DNA from: a virus
Virus genome (UHGV): UHGV-1376603
Length of the DNA: 44,448 nt
Reading direction: 5' to 3' (one strand)
Shown here: positions 43,498 to 44,448 of the stretch, one piece after another
Position numbering within the stretch: the stretch's first letter is position 1
How the letters are laid out: each line of letters opens with the position of its first letter
The notes under the pieces: generated by a model
The model's database searches: none
What the model was told of the DNA's origin: nothing
The model's input: only the letters and a program-made list of their open reading frames with translations
Position numbers and translations under genes: made by a program

Positions 43498-43712
43498 GCG
43501 CAGAAATCATCGATCAGGCCAACGAGCTGGCAGAGCGCCGGCTTGAAATGACCATCCAGAACATGCGCATCAACCATCACGCAGTTTCAGCTACTCACTG
43601 CCGCGACTGCGGGGAAGAGATACCGGCTCGGCGCCGGGAACTTGTGGCGGGCTGTCAGCGCTGTGCTGACTGTCAGGAAGAAGAGGAATTACGCGGTAAG
43701 CATCGGAGGTGA
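43494..43712 (+). CDS. TraR/DksA-family C4 zinc-finger protein
   Basis: HCRDCGEEIPARRRELVAGCQRCADC matches the four-cysteine TraR/DksA pattern. Confidence 0.6.
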   Translation: MSAEIIDQANELAERRLEMTIQNMRINHHAVSATHCRDCGEEIPARRRELVAGCQRCADCQEEEELRGKHRR

Positions 43713-43713
43713 T

Positions 43714-44049
43714 ATGGCATCTGACAAACCGATAACAGCACAGCAGGCCGCCGATTTGCTCATCGTGTCTGCGCGGGTGATCTACCGCCTGATTGAGTCT
43801 GGGGAGCTCGCCGGCCGCAAGGTCGGCAACAAGTACAGAACGACTGAGGCGGCGTGTATTGCATATTTGAAAACCCCGCGCGATCCTGTCATCGCGAACG
43901 CGGGTGAACATAAAGGAGAAGTTTTATGTCAATCACCCTCAGGGGCGGCGTGTGGCACTGTCATTTCTTTACGCCGTCAGGAAAAAGAGTTAGGCGATCT
44001 CTTGGCACGGGGGACAAAAAGCAGGCTCAGGAGCTCCACGACAAGCTGA
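43714..44049 (+). CDS. xis: Excisionase (AlpA/Xis-type HTH). The ORF runs about 120 nt into int.
   Basis: ITAQQAADLLIVSARVIYRLIESGELAGRKVGNKYR is an excisionase-type HTH. GGAGGTGA RBS. Immediately upstream of int. Confidence 0.6.
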   Translation: MASDKPITAQQAADLLIVSARVIYRLIESGELAGRKVGNKYRTTEAACIAYLKTPRDPVIANAGEHKGEVLCQSPSGAACGTVISLRRQEKELGDLLARGTKSRLRSSTTS

Positions 44050-44448
44050 AGGCGGAAGCGTGGCGGGTTGACCAGATTGGCGACCTGCCCGTCAGAACCT
44101 TTGAAGAGTGCTGCATCCGGTGGCTGCGGGAAAAGGACCATAAGCGATCGCTGGATGATGACAAAACCAAAATTGTTTTTTGGCTGCAGCATTTTTCCGG
44201 CCGTGATGTCTCGAAGATAACGGCGGAGGAAGTTCATGAAGCCGTTAACGGGATGATCAACCGTAAACACCTGCAGGTGTGGGAGAGTAAGCGTGATGCC
44301 GCGCTGAGGAAGGGTAAGCCTGTTCCGGAGTACAAACCACGGCAGGTTTCGCAGGCGACGAAGGCGCAACACCTTTCCTTCATTCGTTCCCTTCTCAGGG
44401 CCGCGGCGAATGACTGGGGCTGGATAAAAACAGCTCCTGTTATCAAAA
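43926..44448 (+). CDS. int: Tyrosine integrase, N-terminal arm-binding and core-binding domains. Continues at 1..641.
   Basis: AAAGGAG RBS. N-terminus MSITLRGGVWHCHFFTPSGKRVRRSLGT is the lambda-family Int arm-binding beta-sheet motif. The frame is open to the window end. Confidence 0.85.
   Translation, partial: MSITLRGGVWHCHFFTPSGKRVRRSLGTGDKKQAQELHDKLKAEAWRVDQIGDLPVRTFEECCIRWLREKDHKRSLDDDKTKIVFWLQHFSGRDVSKITAEEVHEAVNGMINRKHLQVWESKRDAALRKGKPVPEYKPRQVSQATKAQHLSFIRSLLRAAANDWGWIKTAPVIK

Noticed and set aside
43714-44049. Xis truncated at the int start
   Set aside because: The xis frame has no stop before 44049, so the full ORF is reported. The HTH domain ends near residue 70 and the tail overlapping int may not be functional.

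Overview
The window reads as one complete, circularly permuted temperate phage genome of about 44.4 kb. The tyrosine integrase gene is split by the window ends: 43926..44448 continues in frame into 1..641. Directly after int lies a 45-nt copy of the 3' half of a tRNA-Arg(UCU) gene, the attP core, with arm-type repeats inverted on either side. Gene order follows lambda, inverted. The minus strand carries cro-cII-O-like-DnaB-nin region (HNH, YbcN-like, NinE-like, YbcO-like, RusA, ylcG-like)-Q-tRNA leader-holin/SAR endolysin/Rz/Rz1-terS/terL-Mu-like head module-contractile tail with baseplate-tail fibres. The plus strand carries cI, then an AT-rich two-gene cargo, then a PL-like operon with recombination genes, MT-A70 and C5 methyltransferases, TraR-like protein, xis and int. 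The most notable item is that cargo: an unknown 238-aa protein translationally coupled to a 181-aa PIN-domain protein in the cI-rexAB position. This is a candidate undescribed defence module. Other items: a cluster of about 9 GTACGCA heptamers inside terS (pac candidate); 11-bp iterons with an AT-rich flank inside the O-like gene (ori); a -1 frameshift site (TTTTTTG) in the tail chaperone; a late leader containing tR', a long hairpin, tRNA-Thr(UGU) and a tRNA-like remnant; a C5-methyltransferase whose motifs and GC3 signal change frame twice; an unannotated 46-codon ylcG-like ORF between rusA and Q; and several morons (DUF4236 on the opposite strand inside the baseplate operon, a UmuD'-like protein near attP, a 4-TM membrane protein after the lysis cassette). 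No N-like antiterminator, CRISPR array or rRNA was found.
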